DNA from: Cyanidioschyzon merolae
Taxonomy: Eukaryota
DNA: 64,000 nt
NCBI GenBank assembly: GCA_000091205.1
Contig: AP006483.2
Direction: 5' to 3' (one strand)
The position numbers and the translations under genes are program-made. The notes under the pieces are model-generated. The model saw only the letters and a program-made list of their open reading frames with translations. It did not search any database and had not been told where the DNA came from. Positions 43,813-54,483 of the stretch are shown in pieces; the stretch's first letter is position 1, and every line of letters starts with the position of its first letter.

Positions 43813-46293
43813 ATGGAAAGTCTGGATGTTATAGAGGCGAACATTGGCGAGAATGCTCCGGTTCCACGTTGGAAACGGCGCCAGCAGCGCCAACTCGCCG
43901 AGCAGCTCGCCAGAGCCGACTCCGCGAGGCCCGTGTCCATTCGCTCCCACGACGACAACGAAACACGCTCCGTTCTTGAGCGCAGCAACTCAGCTGCTGC
44001 TGTTCTTCGGGAGAGAAACCAGATAACCAGTCCATCGTTGGTTCATCGGAAGCGCTCCCGGTCCACGTTACCGAGTCCAGCATCGCATGCTGCGTCCCCG
44101 CGTTGCGACCGCTTCATTCCCGATCGTTCTGCCATGGACCTCGAACTGGGTCGTTTCGTGATGACGGCTGCTCTGGGTCGTTCCATCACACCAGGAACAG
44201 GGCCAGCGGAAACGCTGGAAAGCGTAGAGGGTTCACAGGCCTCGAGAACAGAGGTGACTGTGGAGCGCCCAGCCTGGGGCTCGGGCGCATTCAGTGCTCC
44301 AGAGCATGCTGTGCATACGCATGAGCTACTCGATGACCGAGCGAATCGGCCAGGTGCATCTTCATCATCGCCGACCTCGAGTACCTACCAGAGGTCGGGC
44401 ACCCTCAGTAGCGCACAGAGCTGGGCCTCTAGCCTCGACACGTTTTCTTCGATACCGAGCACCGCAGACGAACTCACCGGGGAGTGGCAGACAAGTGACG
44501 TGCGCTCGCCAGCGCGTCTGGCTGCAGCCGCAGAGAAGATTCACGCACCTGGAGCAGTCGACCCTCGACAGCTCGCCCAGAGCCTAGAGTACCGGAGCCA
44601 ACTCGCTAGTGAGCTTGGTACCGCTGGCTTGCTCGGCTCCGTGATTGATAGCCCCAGCGATGAACCATGGCAAGCACACGAAGACACCAGCGGACTTGGC
44701 AGTCGACAGACGGCAAAACGAGGTAATACAGCCGAGTCCATGCCCGGCAGCGGTACCAAAATCCTCGCCTTCAAACCGAAACCCCCGGTGCACCTCGGCG
44801 ATAAGGCTGCTCATGCGGCTATCGCTGTGGTCTATACGCAGAACCGCCTCGGTGCAGCTTGTAGACGACACCTCCATCGACATATCCCGAGTGCGCCGGA
44901 GCGAATCCTCGATGCTCCCGAGATGGTTGATGACTACTATCTGAACCTGTTGGACTGGAGTGCCAACAACGTGCTGGCGGTGGCGCTCGGTTCGGCGGTT
45001 TACCTCTGGAATGCCAGCACTGGTGGCATTGAGCAGCTCACTGACCTTGCACCTGGGGATCAGCACACCAACCAAGACTATGTGTGTTCGCTTAAATGGG
45101 TCCAAGGCTCTGGTTGCGCTCCGCATGCAAACGCAGAAGCTTCAGCACCGTACCTAGCAGTAGGGACCGCCTTTGGTCACGTTCAAATCTGGGATGTTGA
45201 AGCGAACAAGCGGCTGCGAACGCTGCGAACGCACCAGGGACGCGTCGGCTCCCTGCACTGGAACGGACCGCTGCTGTGCTCGGGCAGTCGGGACAGCACC
45301 GTGCAGCTTCATGACGTGCGGGAAGCACGCCACCTTGCCTCGACACTTGTAGCGCACGAACAAGAGGTCTGCGGCCTGCAATGGAGTCCGAACGGTATGC
45401 AACTGGCTACGGGCGGTAACGATAACCTGCTGATGGTTTGGGATCGTCGCGCACTGCAGCATCCACGACTCCGTTTCGATGAGCACACTGCTGCGGTTAA
45501 GGCACTCGGCTGGTGCCCCTGGCAGAGTCATCTGTTGGCGTCGGGTGGTGGTACCACCGATCGCATGCTGCGCTTCTGGAATACCCATACGGGCGTCTGC
45601 TTGCAAGCCGTCGATACCGAGAGCCAGGTGTGTGCGCTGCAGTGGAGTATGCATTATCGGGAACTCGTCACGGGCCATGGATTCAGCCGCAATCAACTTG
45701 TAGTCTGGAAGTATCCCGACCTGAACAAAGTCGCTGAGCTAACTGGCCACGGGGCACGCGTCCTGCACCTAACCACCTCACCGGATGGTCAAACCGTGGC
45801 AAGTGCTGCCGCCGATGAGACGCTGCGCTTTTGGAAGATTTTCCCCAAACCCCAAACGAGTCGTTTCGGAGTGGGCAAAGCCCTGCTCGCTGGAACAGCG
45901 CGGGAAACGCTGGTGCCCGAGGACACCAGGCAACTTGCGCATGCTGGCACAGCCTCGTCGTCTTCCAGCAGCCAAAGATCTCATGCAGGTGACAGGAGCG
46001 CTTCAGCAACCGGGCGCTTACCTTTCACAGCGATGTGGAAGTCGCTCGGTTCGGCGGAAAGCGCCCCAGCTGGGGATACGGATGCATCGCCCGCTGTCGA
46101 AGGCACTCGTTTCACAGAGGCATCAGCGTCGGCCTTCGTTCGTGTATCCGCTGCTCGCACAGCGGATGCTTCGCGCACGGGAGACACAGCCTCGATGACG
46201 ACACTGGAGCAGCTTTCGTCGCTGCGGAATGAACTGAACCGACGGATCGGAAGCCGACCCTTGACGACCATGCGCTCAAGTGCGATACGTTAA
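43813..46293 (+). CDS. APC/C co-activator of the Fizzy family (CDC20/CDH1)
   Basis: C-box DRFIPDRS, seven WD40 repeats (LLASGGGTTDRMLRFWN, ELVTGHGFSRNQLVVWK, ...) and a C-terminal IR tail (...RSSAIR*). Low-complexity N-terminal region. Met at 43813. Confidence 0.8.
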   Translation: MESLDVIEANIGENAPVPRWKRRQQRQLAEQLARADSARPVSIRSHDDNETRSVLERSNSAAAVLRERNQITSPSLVHRKRSRSTLPSPASHAASPRCDRFIPDRSAMDLELGRFVMTAALGRSITPGTGPAETLESVEGSQASRTEVTVERPAWGSGAFSAPEHAVHTHELLDDRANRPGASSSSPTSSTYQRSGTLSSAQSWASSLDTFSSIPSTADELTGEWQTSDVRSPARLAAAAEKIHAPGAVDPRQLAQSLEYRSQLASELGTAGLLGSVIDSPSDEPWQAHEDTSGLGSRQTAKRGNTAESMPGSGTKILAFKPKPPVHLGDKAAHAAIAVVYTQNRLGAACRRHLHRHIPSAPERILDAPEMVDDYYLNLLDWSANNVLAVALGSAVYLWNASTGGIEQLTDLAPGDQHTNQDYVCSLKWVQGSGCAPHANAEASAPYLAVGTAFGHVQIWDVEANKRLRTLRTHQGRVGSLHWNGPLLCSGSRDSTVQLHDVREARHLASTLVAHEQEVCGLQWSPNGMQLATGGNDNLLMVWDRRALQHPRLRFDEHTAAVKALGWCPWQSHLLASGGGTTDRMLRFWNTHTGVCLQAVDTESQVCALQWSMHYRELVTGHGFSRNQLVVWKYPDLNKVAELTGHGARVLHLTTSPDGQTVASAAADETLRFWKIFPKPQTSRFGVGKALLAGTARETLVPEDTRQLAHAGTASSSSSSQRSHAGDRSASATGRLPFTAMWKSLGSAESAPAGDTDASPAVEGTRFTEASASAFVRVSAARTADASRTGDTASMTTLEQLSSLRNELNRRIGSRPLTTMRSSAIR

Positions 46294-47485
46294 GGTTGCC
46301 TGCTACTGTTGCTGCTGTGCATTGAATGCTGCTCACAGGAGCGGCGTTCGCGTAACTCCTCCTGGGGCACCCGTCAAACGCGGTGCTGCATCTCGGAATG
46401 CCAGGGCATGACCCCTGCTTGCAGCCTCCCTCCGCTTCGTTGTTGCACGGAACGCAGGCGCGCTCTGCGGCATGAATAGCATGCTCATGGTCGTCGCAGA
46501 GGCTGCTGTCCTCGACACCGTCACAGCAGAGTGCTTGCGGGCATCACATTCCTGATAGGCATGCTACTGGCCGTTGATATCTACGCGGTTGGCGCTACAC
46601 TTGTCGCGATGGTGTTTCATCGATAGTTGGCGCAGTACGCGCACCAGAGTAAAAAGGACCGCGATGCTGCCTGATGAAAAGTTCCCAGTGACTGCTGCTG
46701 CTGTGCGTTCGGCGTTGGCAATGAGCGTTCCTCAGCTGAATGCGTCCGGGCATTCTCTGAAGATGCGGGAAAGAAGCAGCCTGGCACAAATCATGGAAAG
46801 GCGGGGCTATTTATAGTTATGCCCAAACTGCTGAAGGTCAACGGGCTCTTTTTCCAGAAGTCATCAGTGGACGCGCTGATACCCACGGTGTGGAGGCAAG
46901 CCGCACACGCCCTGGTGTAGGGTTCCACGGGTATTCGCGGCGTGAATGCGCTTACCACTCGTGGGAGCGAAAAGAGCAGTCAGAAACAAGAGCCTGCTTC
47001 TCTATCGTTGAGCGCGTCATATGCTTACTGGATTTGCGGGACGTCAGGCACAGCCGCTGGAACCTATCGTGGCAGGCACCTCCTACGCAAGCCCTAGAAA
47101 AGAAGGGATTCTGAATTCGTCAACTGCATGTGCCTTTTTGTTGTTGTTGCTATTGCTACTGACGTCTGGTCGGTGGGAAACGACGGACTGGAGTGCTATC
47201 TGTGGTGCCTGAGTTTGCTGCTGCTTCGTCTACACCGGCGTCGGTATGAAATGGAACCTAGACCTGCTCGCTCCATTCTTGAATTGAGATTTTGTCCCGA
47301 ATTTGTTTTCGATAATCAGGCACAACGTTCCGAGTACAGCGATAATGGCTCAGGGACTAGTTCGTAGAATGAGGATTGTTGGTGAGCCTTAAAGGGTGCT
47401 TCTTCAACGCCCTGCCGCTCGGTTTCTCTACGTCACTGGAATTACGACGATTTACAACACCGCCGAACACGGGTTCGTACCAAAA

Positions 47486-47506
47486 CCATCATCATCATCA
47501 TCATCA
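47486..47506. repeat. (CAT)7 trinucleotide repeat
   Basis: catcatcatcatcatcatcat. Confidence 0.8.
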
Positions 47507-48365
47507 TCTTATGCGAAGGCATGAGCCTTCACTCTGTTTCGTTCCTCAGGTGTGGCATGCTGCAATGCCGCTTGCCTCAAGTTTTCCATATTTCTGTTTC
47601 AAGGCCTTTCAGGGCTAACGTCATGGGCACCGGCAGGTCGACGCCGAGCAGCCATCAAAGCCGTCCTCGACGTCTTCTCTTGAAAGGCTCACAACGAACA
47701 ATCCCGACACTTTTCATGCCAAATAATCGATACCGTTCGAGACGCCTATCATCATCATGCTAGGGTCATTGAAGGAAAGGCGTCCAACAGCATTCGCTAG
47801 ATTCCTCTTATCCGACATGCTTTCAGAGGCTCGCTTGCCTTTCGTTTGCATGGGAATGTATATCTCGGACTCGGACATCTGGTATCGCTGCATTGACCTC
47901 TGGCGGAGAGTGCGTCACTGCATTGTCCCAAGGGAGCGCAGAAGAATCGAACGTTCTTGTGCGGCTCTCGACACTGGGTTTTCATTCCTGTACGCGATCC
48001 ATCATGGACAGGATTGCGTTCAACACGTCCTTGTGCTAAATAGGACAGCATACGTTACCGTATGCATCGGATGAGGTACTCGCCAAGGAAAACGCCTCAA
48101 AAAAGCATGTGATTTTAGAGTACGAGTGTAGGGCGCAAGAATGGAAACGGGCCTCCAGCGCAGCCTTCTCTCCCCGTCGATAACATGCACCTTGCGGTGA
48201 AGCAGGTGTTCATGCTCCACAGGGCCGTGTCCGACGGAGCAGCTGCGATGGATATACGATATCATCTGACGACTGGCAAGCGCCACCGCAGCACATGGCG
48301 CACCGAGACTGGGCATGATCAAGCTGAAAATGGAAAGGGAATCGTAAATCGCAACTTTGGGGAGT

Positions 48366-48384
48366 CTGTGTGTGTGTGTGTGTG
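48366..48384. repeat. (GT)n microsatellite
   Basis: gtgtgtgtgtgtgtgtgtg. Confidence 0.8.
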
Positions 48385-48620
48385 AGGCATGCTGAGAAAA
48401 AAGCTGGAAGCGGTGAAATCGGTACTGTAATGCAGCTATCAACATCCTCCGACTGCTGACAAGACAGCGCGAAGGAAACGAGAGTCCAGCGTATTTCAAG
48501 CCGGAAATAGGAGAGAGGGCAGGATGCAGTTATGGGAAAAACCCGAATAGGCTGGTGTTGATCACAGTGGAGTGAGCGACTCGAGCTTTAGCGTAGACGC
48601 CTGAGTCAGCACAGTGGACC

Positions 48621-48642
48621 CATTCCATTCCATTCCATTCCA
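48621..48642. repeat. (ATTCC)4 pentanucleotide repeat
   Basis: cattccattccattccattcca. Confidence 0.8.
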
Positions 48643-49751
48643 GTCTAGTCTCGTCTACTCCAGGCTAGGCAACACAGAAAGCACACACATGGCTAGCTTT
48701 ACTGTGAATCCAACGGACTCGTGTACCGGTCAGCTGTGACATCTGGACAGTTCCTGGTCTCTCCGCTGCTGCGCTCCTTCTATTCGCGTTTGTTTTCAAC
48801 TCCGCCTACCTAAAGCGTCCATTCCAAGCCGAGCGCTCGACGCCAGCATACGCAACAAATACCGTACCACTTTTGAACAGTATCATAGCGTCGAGGCTTG
48901 CAAACGAAGACAAGCGCTGCATCCAGCGGCTGCGCACGCAGTCGACGCGCTCTGAGCCTACGGAACACGTCAACGCTGCACGTGCGGAAGGTCCTGCTCG
49001 TTCCTCGTCCGAGCAGACGAGTTACCAAAGCGCTCAGGGTTTCGATGACGCTCCAGCTACGCGCGTTTACTCCAGAGTGATACAATTACTAGCGCGCCAA
49101 GTCGGCTGAGTAGCCTCGTTACAACGATTCTACTCTGCTCTGACCGCGAAAAGCTTATGCTGGATGTGCATACTCCGCCAAGTCATACGCTAAGCGTAAC
49201 GAAGAAGTTGCTTCTTCCCTCGGGGCAAACGTATGCGCCCAGACTGAGAGCTCTCGCGACGTCCGCACCTCACGTCAGGATTCGGAGCCGGTTCAGCTCG
49301 GATCGACGCGCCAGCACAATGCCAAAAAGTTCTGTCTGCACAGGTTTAGGCCACAACATTGAAAGTACAACGCATTTCAGTTCGTTGCAGTGCAGTTTCG
49401 AAGACAACAAGGCGTGCCTGCGGTAGTCCCAGTGGAGTCATACGCTGCGAACTTGCCACTGCGGGGAAACCGCACCATATGACCATTGCGCAGCAGTGGT
49501 GCTCTCGGCGAAGCGTTCACGGGAAACTTGCTGGAGTCGGGGTCTCGGAACACTTCCAGGAAGCCTGCTGAACAAGCGACTCACCCTCGATCTATACCAG
49601 GGAAGCAGCCTAGGCGAACCGCTGTGTCCGACACACACACACACGTAAAGACTGGCAAAGGTTGTTCCGGAGCTCGTGTCTTCGCAGTCGTACAAACGGC
49701 TCGCGCCGTCGAACGAGGCTTCCAAGAAAGCGCGTACGCAGCTGTTCCGCA

Positions 49752-52700
49752 ATGCCGCTTCCGTCAGCACAGACGCGTCGCTTTATTAAAAGAGCAAGAG
49801 GTGCTGGTGCCACTGGGCAGGCCTCGGTGCTCCGCGTCTCCCGGGAGCACTACTTGCGGAGTGATCTACCGCTGCCTCCGGAGCCAGCCCTGCGGCCGTT
49901 TCTCTTGGTACCCGACACGAACGTAGTGCTGCGTGCAGCGAGCCTTTTCGAACTCGATGCCGTCCAGGAGGTTGTCTTTTTGCAGACCGTGCTGCAGGAG
50001 ACCCGCAAACAAAGTCCAGAGACCTACGATCGCATACGGCGACTGTTAGCTTCCCCGGAAGCGAAGCGCCGACACCTCTACCTCTTCAGCAATGAACACT
50101 GTGCAGCAACGTTCTCGGAGCCACTAAAGGGTGAGTCACCAAACGACTACTACGACCGGCTGATTCGCAAGTCTGTGGCGTGGTTGAATACTCAGTACAA
50201 CGCACTGCAGGGGCCGCGAGTGGTGCTCCTCACCGAGGATCGCGAGAACGCTCGTCGAGCCAGAGACGATGATCATCTGGTTACCTTCAGCCTCGCGCAA
50301 GTGGATGCATGGTGTGCGGGCGCTGCAGACACGCGAGTTAGGGACCTAGTGGCAGACTCTGGCGGTCACCATGATGCAGCACTGAACGAAAGCGCTTCGG
50401 AAAAAGCGCATGCAGCACCTGCGTCCAGGACGGAGTCTGCGCCCTACCCGGAGTACTGGCCAGTCGACAAGGTTGAACGCGCGCTCGCCAGTGGTAAACT
50501 GTTCCGTGGCGTATTTCGTGCAACCATGTATGAGCCGTTGGAGAGCGGTGTAGTGGTCATTCGGTCGCCAGCGGGAAATGCGGAGCCCCAGAAGACACAG
50601 GTCGCCACACAAGTGCAGCCAGCGCTGCGCATTCGGGTCCAGGGCGCTGCCGCCGTGAATCGTAGCGTTGACGGAGACCTCGTCGCTGTGCTACCACTGG
50701 ACGGCGTTGTCGACGGAGCAGCCAGTGCTGGTCGAAATGCGATACCGACCATCGACGCAGACGCCTTCAGTAGCGTGACAGAGCAGGTGGTGACAGCTGC
50801 CTCTGCACTGGGATCCGAGTCCTCGGATCCGCTGGCTTCGACGCCTTCCCAGGGGCCTCGTCTTGGGAAGATTGTTGCAGTGCTTGAGCGCCGTTGGCGT
50901 GCGCAGTACTGTGGATCGCTGCAGGCCAAATACACCGCAGATACATTGAGTTTCCAAGGTCGCAGACGACACCTCTTTTTGCCGGTGGATCGGCGGATAC
51001 CCCCGATCCTACTGGAGACACTGCAGGCAGCGTCTCTCTACGGCAAGCGGGTGGCTGTTGCTCTTGATCGCTGGGATACCCAATCGCGTTTCCCGGTTGG
51101 TCATGTGGTCAGCGTGCTGGGGCGCATTGGCGATGAGCAAGTCGAAACGCAGGTTTTGCTTCTGGAGAACGGCATTGTGACCCGACCGTTTTCGGAGGCG
51201 GCGCTAGCGTGTCTGCCTCCACCAGACTTTTCCGTTGCGCCTGCCCCGATGGATACCACGCTGGTTGGTCGCCTCGATTTGCGGTCTATGTTTGTTTTCA
51301 GTATCGACCCACCGGGGTGCACCGACATCGACGATGCGTTGCACTGCCGCCTCGTGGATCGGAGCAATGGACAGGGAGCAAATGCGAGAGCGTCGACTCG
51401 CCTTCAAGTTGGCGTGCATATCGCTGATGTGGCGAGCTTCGTTCGAGCAGGGACAGCACTCGATGAAGAGGCACGGGAGCGTGGCTGCACTGTCTACCTG
51501 GTGGACCAGCGCATCGAGATGCTGCCGGCGCTGCTAACGAGCAACCTGTGCTCGCTGGTTGCGGGCAAGGATCGGTATGCGTTCTCGGTTCTCTTCGAGT
51601 TGGACGTTGAATCTGCCCAGATTAACGATGTCCAGTTTACACGCAGCATGATTAGGTCACGAGCATCGTTGACCTACGAACAGGCTCAGTTGATGCTGGA
51701 TGCATTGGTTGTCGACAAACAGAGCGCGAAGCAACTGGGGATACCGCCCGAGCTAGGCGAAGCGCTGCCGCTTCTAGCCCGCGTTGCAGGAAGACTGCGG
51801 GCTGAACGACTCGCCAATGGTGCGCTCATTCTCGCGTCACCGGAGATCCGTTTCGAGCGAGCGGATGGTGAGAGCCCGAGTCCCAGCGTTGGTTCAGGCT
51901 CCAGTTGTCGCAGTTTTGACACGCACCACCTCGTCGAGGAGTTTATGCTGCTCGCAAATGTGACGGTAGCTAAGCGCATTGTGCACCAGTTTCCGCACTC
52001 GGCGTGCTTGCGCCGACATCCTCCGCCGAGTGTCGAGCAGTTTGAGCCACTGGTACGGGCGGCAGCAGCATACGGAATCGAGATGCACGTGGATTCGTCC
52101 AAGGCGCTTGCGGCAAGTCTCGACGCCGTCTCAACGACCTCAGCTGGCCAAGAGGACCCACTGCTGGAAGAGCTGTTTCGGATGCTTGCAACTCGTTGCA
52201 TGATGCAGGCTGCATACTGCTCCGCTGGCTCGGCTCCTGCGTCATCCTACTACCACTACGGACTCGCAGTGCCGCTGTATACCCATTTCACGTCACCGAT
52301 ACGGCGCTATGCCGACATTATTGTACATCGCCAATTGGCAGCAAGCTTGGGGTATGAGGATGCTCCTGGTGAGTTGCTCATGAATGAGCAAGTCGAACGT
52401 ATCTGTGAACACGTGAACGAACGCTATCGCAATGCACAGGCCGCAGGACGAGCGAGTTCTGCGCTCCATGTGTTGCTCTGGTTCCATCGGCAATGCCAAC
52501 GCCCAGCTCATGAAGCACGCGATACGGCCTCGATGCTAGAGACAGACGGCCGAATTCTGCGATTCTTGTCGACTGGATTTGTGGCGTACCTGCCCAAGTT
52601 TGGTATTGAGGGCGTCGTTCGCGTAGACGGTGCAGAGACCTCCTGGGTATTGAGCCCTGATTCGCAAACGATCCTCCATAAGGACTCGGGAGTGACGTAC

Positions 52701-52898
52701 CGTATTTTGGGCGCTTGTCGTATTCGAATTGTTATTGATGAAAATGCTGTCGGTGCCGATCGTATTCGATTCGAGCTGCTTCCTAGGAACGCCAACAACG
52801 CCGTTCAAAGTCGAACGACGTCGGGCGTGTGCAGTAGTGGCGGCAACCGCGCCCAAGACGAAACGTCTCCTACTGACGTACAGATGCCACCAAAATAA
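49752..52898 (+). CDS. DIS3: Exosome catalytic subunit DIS3/RRP44 (PIN plus RNB exoribonuclease)
   Basis: N-terminal VLRVSREHYLRSD and PIN motif LLVPDTNVVLRAASLFE. RNB core FSIDPPGCTDIDDALHC...VGVHIADVASFV...TVYLVDQRIEMLP. S1-like C-terminus. Met at 49752. Confidence 0.85.
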   Translation: MPLPSAQTRRFIKRARGAGATGQASVLRVSREHYLRSDLPLPPEPALRPFLLVPDTNVVLRAASLFELDAVQEVVFLQTVLQETRKQSPETYDRIRRLLASPEAKRRHLYLFSNEHCAATFSEPLKGESPNDYYDRLIRKSVAWLNTQYNALQGPRVVLLTEDRENARRARDDDHLVTFSLAQVDAWCAGAADTRVRDLVADSGGHHDAALNESASEKAHAAPASRTESAPYPEYWPVDKVERALASGKLFRGVFRATMYEPLESGVVVIRSPAGNAEPQKTQVATQVQPALRIRVQGAAAVNRSVDGDLVAVLPLDGVVDGAASAGRNAIPTIDADAFSSVTEQVVTAASALGSESSDPLASTPSQGPRLGKIVAVLERRWRAQYCGSLQAKYTADTLSFQGRRRHLFLPVDRRIPPILLETLQAASLYGKRVAVALDRWDTQSRFPVGHVVSVLGRIGDEQVETQVLLLENGIVTRPFSEAALACLPPPDFSVAPAPMDTTLVGRLDLRSMFVFSIDPPGCTDIDDALHCRLVDRSNGQGANARASTRLQVGVHIADVASFVRAGTALDEEARERGCTVYLVDQRIEMLPALLTSNLCSLVAGKDRYAFSVLFELDVESAQINDVQFTRSMIRSRASLTYEQAQLMLDALVVDKQSAKQLGIPPELGEALPLLARVAGRLRAERLANGALILASPEIRFERADGESPSPSVGSGSSCRSFDTHHLVEEFMLLANVTVAKRIVHQFPHSACLRRHPPPSVEQFEPLVRAAAAYGIEMHVDSSKALAASLDAVSTTSAGQEDPLLEELFRMLATRCMMQAAYCSAGSAPASSYYHYGLAVPLYTHFTSPIRRYADIIVHRQLAASLGYEDAPGELLMNEQVERICEHVNERYRNAQAAGRASSALHVLLWFHRQCQRPAHEARDTASMLETDGRILRFLSTGFVAYLPKFGIEGVVRVDGAETSWVLSPDSQTILHKDSGVTYRILGACRIRIVIDENAVGADRIRFELLPRNANNAVQSRTTSGVCSSGGNRAQDETSPTDVQMPPK

Positions 52899-53422
52899 CA
52901 TACCATCGGAGGAAATTCCCTTATACCTCCCCTGCGGTATTCCTCGGCGAGCTACGTCGAAGCTCATCTACGATCGTTGTGATCTCTAAGCGCAGCGCTG
53001 CGGAACCCTTGGCACTATGTACCGGCGAAGTTGTTGTTCGAAATGGTCAGAGATCTGCCTAGTTTCTGAAAAGGCATTGAGCGCTTGTGCTAGTTGCGCT
53101 GAACGCTAGACAATCTACGGGAGATTTAGCTCGGACTCTGGACAATTGACGGGCGGTCACTCGTGCCGCTACGCAAAAGAGGTTTTTGACTGGATACGCA
53201 CACTTACGCGATCGATTCTAGCCGATGACGTGATCGGCAGCTTTCGCACCGGAGACGTCCTAACCCAAGAAAGTACAAGGCATGTTTGTCTCTGATCCGC
53301 TGTACCAGGGCTAAAGAGTAGTTCGCTCACCTGCTGTAAGTAGAGCACCGTTTCCGCTGGGTACCGCACGTGACGGGTGCTTCGCAGCTCGATACCGTCA
53401 CCACTGCCAGCGTCCGCTTCCT

Positions 53423-54483
53423 TTGGTAATGCAGCGTTCGCCTGTAGCGCGCCGGCAGCACGCGCTGCATCTTCGAAAGGGCCCGAAGCAGTCGCAGATC
53501 GCCGTGATCACTGGCGCGTCCTCTGGGGTCGGTCTGTATGCAGCTCGCGCTCTGATCAGCAAGGGCAACTGGCACATCGTCATGGCATGTCGTGACATTG
53601 ATCGGGCGGAACGCGCAGCAAACAGCGTGAACCTTCCAAAGGACGCCTATACAGTGCTGCATTGTGATCTGGATGATTTCGCCTCTGTACTAAAGTTTGT
53701 GAGAGAGCTGTCAAGTGTGGCGCGCATCGATCACCTAGATACCCTGATCTGCAATGCCGCTATCTGGCATCCGCGGGACAAGAAACCGCGTTTCACGGTG
53801 GACGGCATCGAGAAGACCATACAGGTTTGCCATCTGAGCCATTTGCTTCTATGTCGGGAGCTGTTGCCGAAGCTGAAAATATCGCGCGGGCGCATTGTGT
53901 TTCTGACGACTCAGACACACTCGCCGAATTCGCTGCCGGGAAAGATCCCCCCGCAGGCTCGTCTCGGTGATTTGTCTGGTCTAGCCGCGGGGCTTGGTCC
54001 GCAGACGACGGGCATGGTGGACAGTGGCCCGTTTGAGCCCACAAAAGCTTACAAAGACGCCAAAGCCGCGAACGTGTTGACAATGAAGGCGCTCAGTGAT
54101 CGATACGGCCGCGACGGGGTGACCTCTGTGGCGATTTTTCCGGGATGTGTCGCCGACAGCAACCTCTTCCGCGAAAAGCGTGGCTGGTTCCGCTGCGTAT
54201 TCTTTCCGATTCTTCAAAATACATCACTCGGCAATACGTTCCGAATGATGAGGCCGGACGCCGCGTAGCCGAAGTGGCGCCCCAGGGACAGTTCCCGGAC
54301 TCGGACTGGTATTATCAGTGGCGTGGCAAATATACGGAAGGTCGACAGAAGACGAAACCGCAGGTTATTGAACCAACATACGAAATCCACAAGGCAGATC
54401 AGTTTTTCGAACTGAGTCTTGATCTGATCGACCAGGCGTTGCGGCGGCGAGGCCTCAAGTCGACTATCTTGGCCCCTGTCTAA
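53423..54483 (+). CDS. POR: Light-dependent NADPH:protochlorophyllide oxidoreductase (POR), with an apparent +1 frameshift near 54190-54200
   Basis: VITGASSGVGLYAARAL...WHIVMACRD...LDTLICNAAIW...GKIPPQARLGDLSGLAAGLG...MVDSG.FEPTKAYKDAKAANVLTMKAL...FPGCVADSNLFRE, including the POR-specific insertion loop. The C-terminal motif (SKYITRQYV...DSDWYYQW) continues in the next frame after an A4 run. Confidence 0.75.

Noticed and set aside
53377-53662. ORFs antisense or out-of-frame around the POR start (53327-53662 minus, 53377-53595 plus)
   Set aside because: They overlap the well-supported POR N-terminus and have no motif support.
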